A stretch of DNA of 38,104 nt from positions 1-38,104 of IMG/VR virus record IMGVR_UViG_3300045988_057057; one strand, written 5' to 3'. The notes under the pieces are model-generated. The model worked only from the letters and a program-made list of their open reading frames with translations, did no database searches and was not told where the DNA came from. Of this stretch, positions 6,323 to 13,939 are shown piece after piece; positions within the stretch are counted from its first letter, which is position 1; each line of letters begins with the position of its first letter. The stretch comes from a virus. The position numbers and the translations under genes were made by a program.

Positions 6323-6502
6323 TTGAGCAAGGCCAGAAAAAATATCAGAACCCCGCGGACAGCTTTGGTAGAAGATGGTTTACTTCTGTGCCCCAAATGC
6401 AGGAGACTGTTGGGAAAGGCGTATCTTGGTGGATCAGCAACGAAAATCGAGGTTGTTTGTGACAGCAAAGAGTGTCATTTCCCGGTAAGATTCGAGGTTT
6501 GA
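6323..6502 (+). CDS. Com-like zinc-ribbon protein (59 aa, TTG start)
   Basis: AAGGGGG SD lies 8 nt before the TTG. Translation is LSKARKNIRTPRTALVEDGLLLCPKCRRLLGKAYLGGSATKIEVVCDSKECHFPVRFEV. The CxxC-x-x-LL-x-KA ... I-E-V-x-C pattern matches what I recall of phage Mu Com (CKNCNKLLFKA...IEIRCPRC). Confidence 0.55.
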   Translation: MSKARKNIRTPRTALVEDGLLLCPKCRRLLGKAYLGGSATKIEVVCDSKECHFPVRFEV

Positions 6503-6580
6503 TGTATGCCTCCGGTTGGGTATCTCCTTCCCGTGCCGGAGCTACAAAGGGGAGGTTCAGCCACGCCTCCCCGATATTAT

Positions 6581-6657
6581 GTCTCATTAGCTCAGTTGGC
6601 CAGAGCGCGCGGCTGTTAACCGCGAGGTCGAAGGTTCGAGCCCTTCATGTGACGCCA
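6581..6657 (+). tRNA. tRNA-Asn (anticodon GTT), CCA encoded
   Basis: Manual cloverleaf. Acceptor gtctcat/atgtgac has one T-T mismatch at 4:69. D-arm is gctc-agttggcca-gagc. Anticodon arm is cgcgg-ctGTTaa-ccgcg. Variable loop is aggtc. T-arm is gaagg-ttcgagc-ccttc. Discriminator is g, then cca. Total 77 nt. Confidence 0.85.
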
Positions 6658-6664
6658 CACTTAC

Positions 6665-6688
6665 GAAAATGGTGACATCACCATTTTC
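6665..6688 (+). other. Perfect 10-bp stem hairpin 8 nt after the tRNA
   Basis: gaaaatggtg-acat-caccattttc. No U-tract follows, so it may be a processing or attenuator structure rather than a canonical terminator. Confidence 0.4.
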
Positions 6689-6877
6689 ACAAAAATGGGG
6701 CATTTCCGGCACTATCAGTTGGAATATTCGTGCAATTCAGCAAGATGTTGTCAAAATCGTTAATATGAGCGCGCCTTCGTGAGGGCATGACCCCGCGCGT
6801 CGGAAAAGGCCATGAGCCATAGTCCAGGGAATGAGTTCTTCTCTGGGTTATGGCTCGTTTTGCATTTTGGGGGAAAC

Positions 6878-8344
6878 ATGGCGAAAAAGCGGGCTGTAAA
6901 AACCAGCACGAAAAAAACAATAATGCTCGACTTTGGCGAGATCAGCGAACCGCAGCGGATGTTTATGAGCGCGTCATCGTTCTTTATCTGCTACGGCGGC
7001 GCAAAGGGCGGCGGCAAATCTCATGTTATGCGGCTTAAAGCTGTCGGGATGTGCCTGAGATATCCGGGAATACGAATCCTGATGATCCGCTGCCATTACC
7101 CCGAATTGGAAGAAAACCTCGTGCGGCCAATACTCAAATGGGTGCCGCAGGAAATGTACGCCTATAACGGCACAAGCCATCTGATGACCTTCGACAACGG
7201 CTCAATCATCAAGTTTGGGCATTACGACGGCGACAGCGCAGAGAACGAGTACCAGGGCGTTGAGTATGACTGCATCTTCATTGACGAGGCGACGCAGATA
7301 ACAGAGCGTGCTTTTCAGTATCTGCAAGGCTGTATTCGAGGCACGAACAGTTTCCCAAAAAGGTTTTATCTGAGCTGCAACCCCGGCGGCGTCGGCCACA
7401 GATGGGTGAAGCGGCTCTTCATCGACCGGAAGTATATAACCGACGACAAAGACCCTGAGAAGAACGAAAACCCCGACGATTATACGTTTATCCCGGCGAC
7501 GGTCGATGATAACCCTTGGCTGATCAATTCCTCGCCGATGTATAAAAAGCAGCTCGCCCAGATGCCGGAAGATCAGGTGATGGCCTTTAGGTACGGCGAC
7601 TGGAACGCGCTGTCGGGCAGCTATTTCAAAAACTTCTCGCTGGCGACACACACGCTGCCGCCGTTTGCAATCCCAACTCATTGGCCGAGATACCGCAGTT
7701 TCGACTACGGCTTTGATATGTTCGCTTGCTGCTGGTGGGCAGTCGACGAGGACGGGCGCAGCTGGTGTTATCGGTACTTTGAGCAAAAGGGGCTTGTAAT
7801 CAAAGACGCGGCAAAAGCGATCGTTGACCATACGCCCCCCGGCGAGAATGTGCAGATCACCTATGCTCCGCCGGATATGTGGGCAAAGTCAAAGGACACC
7901 GGGCGCGAGATTGCCGAAGTGTTCCGCGAAAACGGTGTGCCGATCGTCAAGGCAAACAACAACCGCATTCAGGGGCACATGATCCTTAAGGACATGATGA
8001 CGCCGGGCGAACTGAAAGACCCGTTTGTCAAGGAGCTGTATTCAGAGGGCGCGCCGGACAAGCTGCCCATGCTCATGTTCTTTCGTGATGAGAGCGTGGC
8101 GCATTGCACAGACGACATCTGCGATATTCAGTCCGACGATGCAAACCCGAACGACTGCGCCAAGCAGCCGCACAGCATAACGCACAGCGTTGATGCTTGC
8201 AGGTATTACGCAATTTCCCGTGTCCTTGCCGCAGAGCAGGAGCAAGACGCAAAGGCGTTCTTCGATGACGAAGAAGAGTCCGAGCAGGACTATGACGATT
8301 TCATGTGCGGTGGTGATATCTGCGATTCGTACATGAACTACTGA
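6878..8344 (+). CDS. terL: Terminase large subunit
   Basis: Walker A-like YGGAKGGGKS and Walker B-like CIFIDEAT. The C-terminal nuclease-like region has conserved acidic residues. It lies just upstream of the portal gene, separated only by a small 119-aa ORF. The start at 6878 (GGGGGA SD) is preferred over 6812. Confidence 0.9.
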   Translation: MAKKRAVKTSTKKTIMLDFGEISEPQRMFMSASSFFICYGGAKGGGKSHVMRLKAVGMCLRYPGIRILMIRCHYPELEENLVRPILKWVPQEMYAYNGTSHLMTFDNGSIIKFGHYDGDSAENEYQGVEYDCIFIDEATQITERAFQYLQGCIRGTNSFPKRFYLSCNPGGVGHRWVKRLFIDRKYITDDKDPEKNENPDDYTFIPATVDDNPWLINSSPMYKKQLAQMPEDQVMAFRYGDWNALSGSYFKNFSLATHTLPPFAIPTHWPRYRSFDYGFDMFACCWWAVDEDGRSWCYRYFEQKGLVIKDAAKAIVDHTPPGENVQITYAPPDMWAKSKDTGREIAEVFRENGVPIVKANNNRIQGHMILKDMMTPGELKDPFVKELYSEGAPDKLPMLMFFRDESVAHCTDDICDIQSDDANPNDCAKQPHSITHSVDACRYYAISRVLAAEQEQDAKAFFDDEEESEQDYDDFMCGGDICDSYMNY

Positions 8345-8358
8345 GAGGAGAAACCTAC

Positions 8359-8718
8359 ATGATATACGCAATTCTCGCATGGAATGTGATTCTTACGGCT
8401 TTTGTCGCGTGGCTGTTCATCAGCTCCAGAAAATTCAAAAGCAATGCAATGCAGATATTCTCAAGCCTTGGAAACAGCGTGGCCATGCTGGAGGACGCTG
8501 TAAGGAGTCTCAGCGACGTATGCAAATCACAGAATGAGCTTTCACAGGCCAATACCGACAAGCTTGAAAAGCTCCGCAAAGAGTTTGACGACGTAATCGC
8601 TGACGACCTCAAAACCCGAGCCGATAGCGAGCGCCTTTTCACCGAGGGGCTGCGCGGGATTCTTGATTACGGACAACAGATACCGTCACTGAACAAGGAG
8701 GCTATACGCCATGAGTGA
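8359..8718 (+). CDS. Hypothetical membrane-anchored coiled-coil protein (119 aa)
   Basis: N-terminal hydrophobic helix IYAILAWNVILTAFVAWLFISS, then helical region. AGGAGA SD. It sits between terL and portal. Confidence 0.7.
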   Translation: MIYAILAWNVILTAFVAWLFISSRKFKSNAMQIFSSLGNSVAMLEDAVRSLSDVCKSQNELSQANTDKLEKLRKEFDDVIADDLKTRADSERLFTEGLRGILDYGQQIPSLNKEAIRHE

Positions 8719-10447
8719 CGAAGGTCTCGGAGTATTCAATGGCAAGGACAAGCCGGATTTCGCTACGGCTTGGAACTTCTACGAAAAAGGCTTGCAGTTC
8801 AACAATTCCATAAACCTCGACGAGGCTGTCAAGGTCAACGAGAATATGTATATCGGCAAGCAATGGGAGGGCGTTCAGGCAAACGGACTCCCCACCCCTC
8901 AGTTCAACATCATCAAGCGCGTTGTCGGCTTTACTACGGCGACGATAACCACGGACAACATCAAGGTTAATGCGACCCTGCTCAACAAAACGGCGCGTGC
9001 CGATGACTTTGTCGAGCCGGTACGCATCATCAACGACGAGTTTGAGTTTTTGACTGAGATGAATGACATCCCGGCGCTTATGCGAGAGTTCACCAGAAAC
9101 GCCGCTGTCGACGGCGACGGCTGTATGTACACCTATTGGGATGAATCCATTGAGGCGGGCAACGGCGTCAAGGGCGGCATAAAGACTGAGATCGTGCCGA
9201 ACACTCGGGTGTTCTTCGGAAACCCCAATGACCGCGACGTGCAGTCTCAGCCGTACATTCAGATTTCAACCCGCGAGATCGTCCGCAGGGCAAAGCGCAG
9301 AGCAAAGGCAAATAAAATCGCCGATTGGCAGAACATCATTGCTGACTGTGACTCTGCCACGGCAACAGACAGCGTTAAGCGCACCGATGACAAAGTCACG
9401 ACCATTTTGACCATGTGGCGCGACGAGGAAACCGGCGAGATATGGGCTTATGAGAGCACGCAGAATTGTGACATCAAGAAACCGTGGAACCTTGGCATAA
9501 AACTCTATCCCATCTGCTGGCTCAGTTGGGACTACATACAGGATTGCTATCACGGGCAGGCCATGATAACCGGCCTTATTCCGAACCAGATTTTCATAAA
9601 CAAGGCATTTGCAATGTCGATGCTGTCAATGATGCGCTCGGCTTGGCCGAAGTACGTGTACGACAGAACGAGGATCAAGAATTGGGATAACCGCGTCGGC
9701 GGAGCTATCGGTGTTGCCGGAGGCGACATCAACAGCGTTGCAAAGGCAATAGACCCCGCGTCGATTTCCCCACAGATCGCGCAGTTTATTGAGCTGGCAA
9801 TTACCAAGACAGAGGAGAGTTTGGGCGCGACCTCCGTTGCTCTCGGCGACACAAGACCGGACAACACCTCGGCAATCATCGCCTTGCAGCGCGCAGCGGC
9901 TACACCGTCCGAAATGACCAAGCAGAATCTCTATCAGGCCATCGAAAGCCTGTTCCGCATTTACCTTGAGTTTATCGGTGAGAACTACGGCAAACGCACG
10001 GTGGATATGGAAACGCCGGATGAACTGCTACCGGTTTACACCGCGGTCAATCAGCCGCTGCCCGAGAAAATCCCTGTTGAGTTTGATTTCAAATTCATCA
10101 AGGAAAACCCGTGGCTGCTCAAGCTGGATGTCGGCGCAAGCTCCTATTACTCGGAGATCGCATCTATACAGACCCTTGAAAACGCGCTGATGAACGGGCA
10201 CATGACGTTCCTGCAATTCCTCGAACGCATACCCGATGACTATATGCCGAAGCGCCGCGCTCTCATTGCGGAGCTTAAAGCACAGCAGGCCGCGCCTGCG
10301 CTGCCTCCGGCACAGCAGACCGCGCAGGGCGGGGATGTTGTTCCGAATACGGAGCAGCCCATGAATTCAGATATCCCGACCGGCGGGGGATATGGGAATT
10401 TGCAGAGAGCGATCAATCAAGCCGGAAGCACTGAAGGAATGATTTAG
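8711..10447 (+). CDS. Portal protein
   Basis: 578-aa ORF following terL, with typical size and position. AAGGAGG upstream. Q/P-rich C-terminal tail. Confidence 0.8.
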   Translation: MSDEGLGVFNGKDKPDFATAWNFYEKGLQFNNSINLDEAVKVNENMYIGKQWEGVQANGLPTPQFNIIKRVVGFTTATITTDNIKVNATLLNKTARADDFVEPVRIINDEFEFLTEMNDIPALMREFTRNAAVDGDGCMYTYWDESIEAGNGVKGGIKTEIVPNTRVFFGNPNDRDVQSQPYIQISTREIVRRAKRRAKANKIADWQNIIADCDSATATDSVKRTDDKVTTILTMWRDEETGEIWAYESTQNCDIKKPWNLGIKLYPICWLSWDYIQDCYHGQAMITGLIPNQIFINKAFAMSMLSMMRSAWPKYVYDRTRIKNWDNRVGGAIGVAGGDINSVAKAIDPASISPQIAQFIELAITKTEESLGATSVALGDTRPDNTSAIIALQRAAATPSEMTKQNLYQAIESLFRIYLEFIGENYGKRTVDMETPDELLPVYTAVNQPLPEKIPVEFDFKFIKENPWLLKLDVGASSYYSEIASIQTLENALMNGHMTFLQFLERIPDDYMPKRRALIAELKAQQAAPALPPAQQTAQGGDVVPNTEQPMNSDIPTGGGYGNLQRAINQAGSTEGMI

Positions 10448-10504
10448 GCCGGGACACCAACGGTTTAAACATATAAACAATCTTTTGAGCCGGGACACCA
10501 ACGG
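10448..10504 (+). repeat. 16-bp perfect direct repeat pair in the portal-scaffold intergenic region
   Basis: gccgggacaccaacgg occurs at 10448-10463 and 10489-10504. Confidence 0.9.
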
Positions 10505-10519
10505 CAGAAAGGAAACACA

Positions 10520-11410
10520 ATGGACGAGATCACCAACACCGCCGAGCTGGGCGACGCCGGTATAACCGAAGCCGACCTTGCGGCATTTGACACTGACTGG
10601 AACGAAACCGCGCCTGACGAGGACGATTTTGACCTCAGTGACGACACCTCCGATGCTGAGCCTGATACCGAGGATGCAGCTGAATCCGAAGATACCGGCA
10701 GTGAGGAGGACACCAGCACGGAGGAGCCGGCAGAGTCGGAAACTCCGGAGAAAGAGGACGAGCAGACCGAAACCGAAGAGCAGCAGGAGGAAAAGGGACA
10801 CCAACTTTACACTCTGAAAACTCCAAAGGGCGAGAAGCAGTGCTCTCTTGACGAAGTTCTTGTTTATGCAAACAAGGGCATGGACTACGACGGTATGCGT
10901 CAGGATCGCGACCGTCTGCGGGATTTCCTAAAGGAAATGGCCGCACCGCTGAATCTCAGCGTCGAGGAACTTATCGACAATACCCGCGCCCGGATGCTTA
11001 TCCAGCAGAAAAAGGAAGCGGGCGAAGAGCTGAGCGAAATGGAAGCACTTACCATCATTCAGCGCAATAGAGCCGAAAAGCAGGCCGAAGAAAAGGCCGC
11101 GGATGAAAACGCCGCCAGCGAGGCCGCAAAGGCTCAGATGATACGGGCATTCGTCAACGAATTTCCCGATGTAAAGGCTACGGATATCCCCGCCGACGTT
11201 TGGGCGGAGTGCAGCCGTACCGGCGATCTCGCAGGGGCTTACCGCAAATATGCGGACGGCCTGAAAGACAAGGAGATCGCAAGACTCAGCAAAGAGAACG
11301 AAACTCTCAAACAAAACCAGAAGAATAAGGACAGGAGTACCGGCCCGCGAAGGAGCGCTGGTGCAGCAACACCGAAAGACCCCTTCGATGAGGCATGGGA
11401 TTCCTTCTGA
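10520..11410 (+). CDS. Head scaffolding protein (putative)
   Basis: Very acidic N-terminus (D/E/T-rich), then a long charged helical region. It lies between the portal and major capsid genes. Confidence 0.65.
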   Translation: MDEITNTAELGDAGITEADLAAFDTDWNETAPDEDDFDLSDDTSDAEPDTEDAAESEDTGSEEDTSTEEPAESETPEKEDEQTETEEQQEEKGHQLYTLKTPKGEKQCSLDEVLVYANKGMDYDGMRQDRDRLRDFLKEMAAPLNLSVEELIDNTRARMLIQQKKEAGEELSEMEALTIIQRNRAEKQAEEKAADENAASEAAKAQMIRAFVNEFPDVKATDIPADVWAECSRTGDLAGAYRKYADGLKDKEIARLSKENETLKQNQKNKDRSTGPRRSAGAATPKDPFDEAWDSF

Positions 11411-11430
11411 TATGGAGGATTTTATAAAAA

Positions 11431-12495
11431 ATGGCAATCAACCTTGCTTCAAAGGCTTCCCCTAAAGTGGTAGAAAGATTCAAGGTCGGCTCTATGACCG
11501 AGGGTCTTTTCATCGATGATTACAAATGGACTGGCGTTGCCACCGTTCGTGTATACAGTGTAGACACTCTTCCCCTGAATGACTACGACAAGACCAAGGT
11601 CGACGGCACTTCCCGTTTCGGTCCTCTCACCGAGGTCGGCGATACCATTCAGGAAATGACCGTCGAGGATGACAAGTCCTTCAACGGCATTATCGACAAG
11701 GGCAACAACACCGCTCAGCTCCAGATCAAGGCCGCGTCCAAGATTCTGAAGCGCGAGACCGATGAAGTCCTCATCCCCTACGTCGACAAGTACCGTCTCA
11801 AGGTTCTCGCCAACGGTGCCGGTCAGCTCACTCTGAGTGCTACCGATCTTACCAAGGCCAACATCCTTGATGCAATATTCGAGGCGGGCGCAGCAATGAG
11901 CAACAAGCTTGTCGATCTCCCCGGTCGTGTCGTGTACATAGGCGAAACTCGCGCGGTCAAGCTCAAGCTTTCCGATCAGGTAGTCGGCCTTGAAAAGGCC
12001 GGGCAGGCCGCTGTCGTCAACGGCGTCTGCGGCACCGTCGGTGGTATGCAGGTTCGCATCGTTCCCGATGTGTATCTGCCCGCCGGAGTTAACTTCATGA
12101 TCGTCAAGAAGGGTGTTGCCTGCGCTCCTAAGAAGATCGAGACCTTCCGTGTGCTTGAAAATCAGTACATCGTCGACGGCCACATCGCACAGGGACGTAT
12201 GCTTCACGACTGCTTCGTGCTCGGCTCCAAGGCTGACGGCATCTTCGTCCACGCGAAGAGCGGCGCACTGACCGCACCGACTATCACCATTGCAAGCAAT
12301 CAGGCCACCATCGCGAGCCCCTCGAGCGAGACCGGCACCACCATCAAGTACACCCTTGACGGTTCCAACCCCAAGACCAGCCCCACCGCCGCAACTTACA
12401 GTGACAAGGTCACTGTCACTGCCGGCGCCAAGGTCAGAGCATTTGCGTCCAAGGCCGGTTCTCTCAATTCCGGCATTGCCGAAGCAACCGCGTAA
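11431..12495 (+). CDS. Major capsid protein with C-terminal Ig-like/FN3-like decoration domain
   Basis: Position after the scaffold gene, strong SD (ggagga), 354 aa. C-terminal segment is APTITIASNQATIASPSSETGTTIKYTLDGSNPKTSPTAATYSDKVTVTAGAKVRAFASKAGSLNSGI. It resembles the IxYTxDGSxP repeat of chitobiase/hexosaminidase C-terminal-type domains. Confidence 0.75.
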   Translation: MAINLASKASPKVVERFKVGSMTEGLFIDDYKWTGVATVRVYSVDTLPLNDYDKTKVDGTSRFGPLTEVGDTIQEMTVEDDKSFNGIIDKGNNTAQLQIKAASKILKRETDEVLIPYVDKYRLKVLANGAGQLTLSATDLTKANILDAIFEAGAAMSNKLVDLPGRVVYIGETRAVKLKLSDQVVGLEKAGQAAVVNGVCGTVGGMQVRIVPDVYLPAGVNFMIVKKGVACAPKKIETFRVLENQYIVDGHIAQGRMLHDCFVLGSKADGIFVHAKSGALTAPTITIASNQATIASPSSETGTTIKYTLDGSNPKTSPTAATYSDKVTVTAGAKVRAFASKAGSLNSGIAEATA

Positions 12496-12505
12496 TCCAA
12501 CTTAT

Positions 12506-12536
12506 AGGGCGTAGCGAAAAACTACGCCCTATCTTC
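12506..12536 (+). terminator. Terminator-like hairpin after the capsid gene
   Basis: agggcgtag-cgaaaaa-ctacgccct, a 9-bp stem, followed by the weak U-tract atcttc. Confidence 0.5.
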
Positions 12537-12550
12537 AAACGGAGGACAAT

Positions 12551-12772
12551 ATGCCCGAATCAATTATTGTGGCGCTTATAACTGCGGCAGTAACACTCAT
12601 AGGCGTGCTTATCAGCAACAGCAAAGTGCAGGCAGTCTCCGAGACGAAGATTGAGGAGCTGACACGCGAAGTCAGAGAACACAACAACTTCGCCCGGCGT
12701 GTGCCTGTCGTGGAAGAGCAGATAAAGGTAATCAATCACAGAATAAGCGACCTTGAAGAGGCGCAGAAGTAG
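12551..12772 (+). CDS. Small membrane protein with N-terminal TM helix and coiled coil (73 aa); possible holin partner
   Basis: SIIVALITAAVTLIGVLIS, then a charged helix. It lies immediately upstream of the holin-like gene. Confidence 0.6.
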   Translation: MPESIIVALITAAVTLIGVLISNSKVQAVSETKIEELTREVREHNNFARRVPVVEEQIKVINHRISDLEEAQK

Positions 12773-12782
12773 GAGGAAAACT

Positions 12783-13073
12783 ATGGAATTTGGAATTGCA
12801 AATGTTGCCGCTATCACCGTTCTGGTGTACCTCATTGCGGCAGGTGTCAAAGCTACTGCGCTTGACAACAAATGGATCCCCGTCATTTGCGGTGTGGCCG
12901 GTATCATACTCGGCCTTGCAGCGCTGTATTTCGGTATGCCGGACTTCCCGGCGCACGATCCGATCAACGCAGCCGCGATAGGCGCAGTGTCTGGCCTTGC
13001 AGCTACCGGCGCTAATCAGATCGTTAAGCAGCTTGCCAAGCCGGATTATACCGACGATACGGAGGATTATTAA
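12783..13073 (+). CDS. Holin-like membrane protein (96 aa; internal start of the 106-aa ORF)
   Basis: AGGAGG sits 6 nt before the ATG at 12783. At least two hydrophobic helices (VAAITVLVYLIAAGV; IPVICGVAGIILGLAALYF), a third amphipathic segment and a charged C-terminus. This architecture is typical of Gram-positive phage holins. Confidence 0.6.
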   Translation: MEFGIANVAAITVLVYLIAAGVKATALDNKWIPVICGVAGIILGLAALYFGMPDFPAHDPINAAAIGAVSGLAATGANQIVKQLAKPDYTDDTEDY

Positions 13074-13526
13074 ATGAGTACCACCGCGCAGGAGGTATTC
13101 GAGACGGCTATGAACCTGATGGATGAGGTCAACGAATCCACAGGCGCAGCGGATACCTCCGACACCAAAGAGTATAAAAACAGAACGCTGGCTATATTGA
13201 ACCTCCTGCGCGGTGAGTTGTTCCCGTACTCGGACACTTACGAGGCCACAGAGGCGGGCAAAAGGCCTATCGCCGCGAAGATAACAGACTTCGTCACGCC
13301 GATAGGCCTTGACGACTATATATGCCAGTCTGTGATGCCGTACGGCTTGGCAGCTCACCTTCTCATGCAGGAAGACCCGTCGTCCGCGAACTTCTTCCAG
13401 CAGAGATATGACGAGCTCAAGTCTTTGCTTGCAAGGGGCATGCCCGCCGAGAGCGCAGACATTGAGGATATTTACGGGGTCTGCGGTGGGCTGAGTCCGT
13501 ACAACGAATTCGGAATGTGGAGTTAA
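13074..13526 (+). CDS. Hypothetical virion/head-completion protein (150 aa)
   Basis: The ATG directly abuts the preceding stop. Located in the morphogenesis block. No motif assigned. Confidence 0.7.
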   Translation: MSTTAQEVFETAMNLMDEVNESTGAADTSDTKEYKNRTLAILNLLRGELFPYSDTYEATEAGKRPIAAKITDFVTPIGLDDYICQSVMPYGLAAHLLMQEDPSSANFFQQRYDELKSLLARGMPAESADIEDIYGVCGGLSPYNEFGMWS

Positions 13527-13530
13527 GAAC

Positions 13531-13926
13531 ATGGAAACAAGAGGCAGACCCCCGGAGTACAACACTCCGCAGAAACTGCGTTTGGCAGTAGAGGGATATT
13601 TCAAGGATTGCGAAGAAGAGGGCGTTTTTCCGGACTTTGCAGGGATGAAACGCGCGCTGAAGCTCAGCAAGCGCGACATTGATGAAATGACCGATGAGAA
13701 GAACCCCGCCTGCGAGGATTACCGTTATATCTTCGAGTGCGCCCGCGATCAGCGCGAAAGCTGGCTTGCTCGCCGCATGGTTACAGAGCCCAAGGCCGCG
13801 AACGGCTGCATGAATGCTCTCAAGCAGGAGCAGAACGGCGGCTACATGGACAAGGCCGGGGACAAGACCACGCCGGTGGTAAAGGTCGAGATAAGCGGCG
13901 TGGGCGGTATGAGTGCATTTGATTGA
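13531..13926 (+). CDS. terS: Terminase small subunit-like protein
   Basis: N-terminus RGRPPEYNTPQKLRLAVEGYFKDCEEEGVFPDFAGMKRALKLSKRDIDEM, plus a later KQEQNGGYMDK. This matches the GRPxxY-TPExL-xxYF-xC ... LKNxxGWxDK pattern I recall for terminase small subunits. Confidence 0.6.
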   Translation: METRGRPPEYNTPQKLRLAVEGYFKDCEEEGVFPDFAGMKRALKLSKRDIDEMTDEKNPACEDYRYIFECARDQRESWLARRMVTEPKAANGCMNALKQEQNGGYMDKAGDKTTPVVKVEISGVGGMSAFD

Positions 13927-13939
13927 GGAGTGAGAGAGG

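Noticed and set aside
6581-6657. Suppressor tRNA or alternative genetic code
   Set aside because: The anticodon is GTT (Asn). Very long ORFs of 1863, 697 and 578 aa are intact under the standard code, with no in-frame TAG or TGA pattern needing recoding.
6812-6877. Longer TerL start at 6812
   Set aside because: The upstream 22 codons (MSHSPGNEFFSGLWLVLHFGGN) lack an SD and are not terminase-like. The ATG at 6878 follows GGGGGA.
11449-12252. 267-aa ORF antisense to the major capsid gene, and the similar shadow ORFs 16250-16996, 7202-7831, 4089-4838 and 10928-11437
   Set aside because: All overlap stronger genes on the opposite strand. They arise from the codon-position GC bias of those genes. 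None has a credible start context.
12732-13679. 315-aa ORF on the minus strand
   Set aside because: It is antisense to the holin, head-completion and TerS-like genes of a tightly packed + strand operon. Composition is Arg/Cys-rich, and there is no ribosome-binding site.
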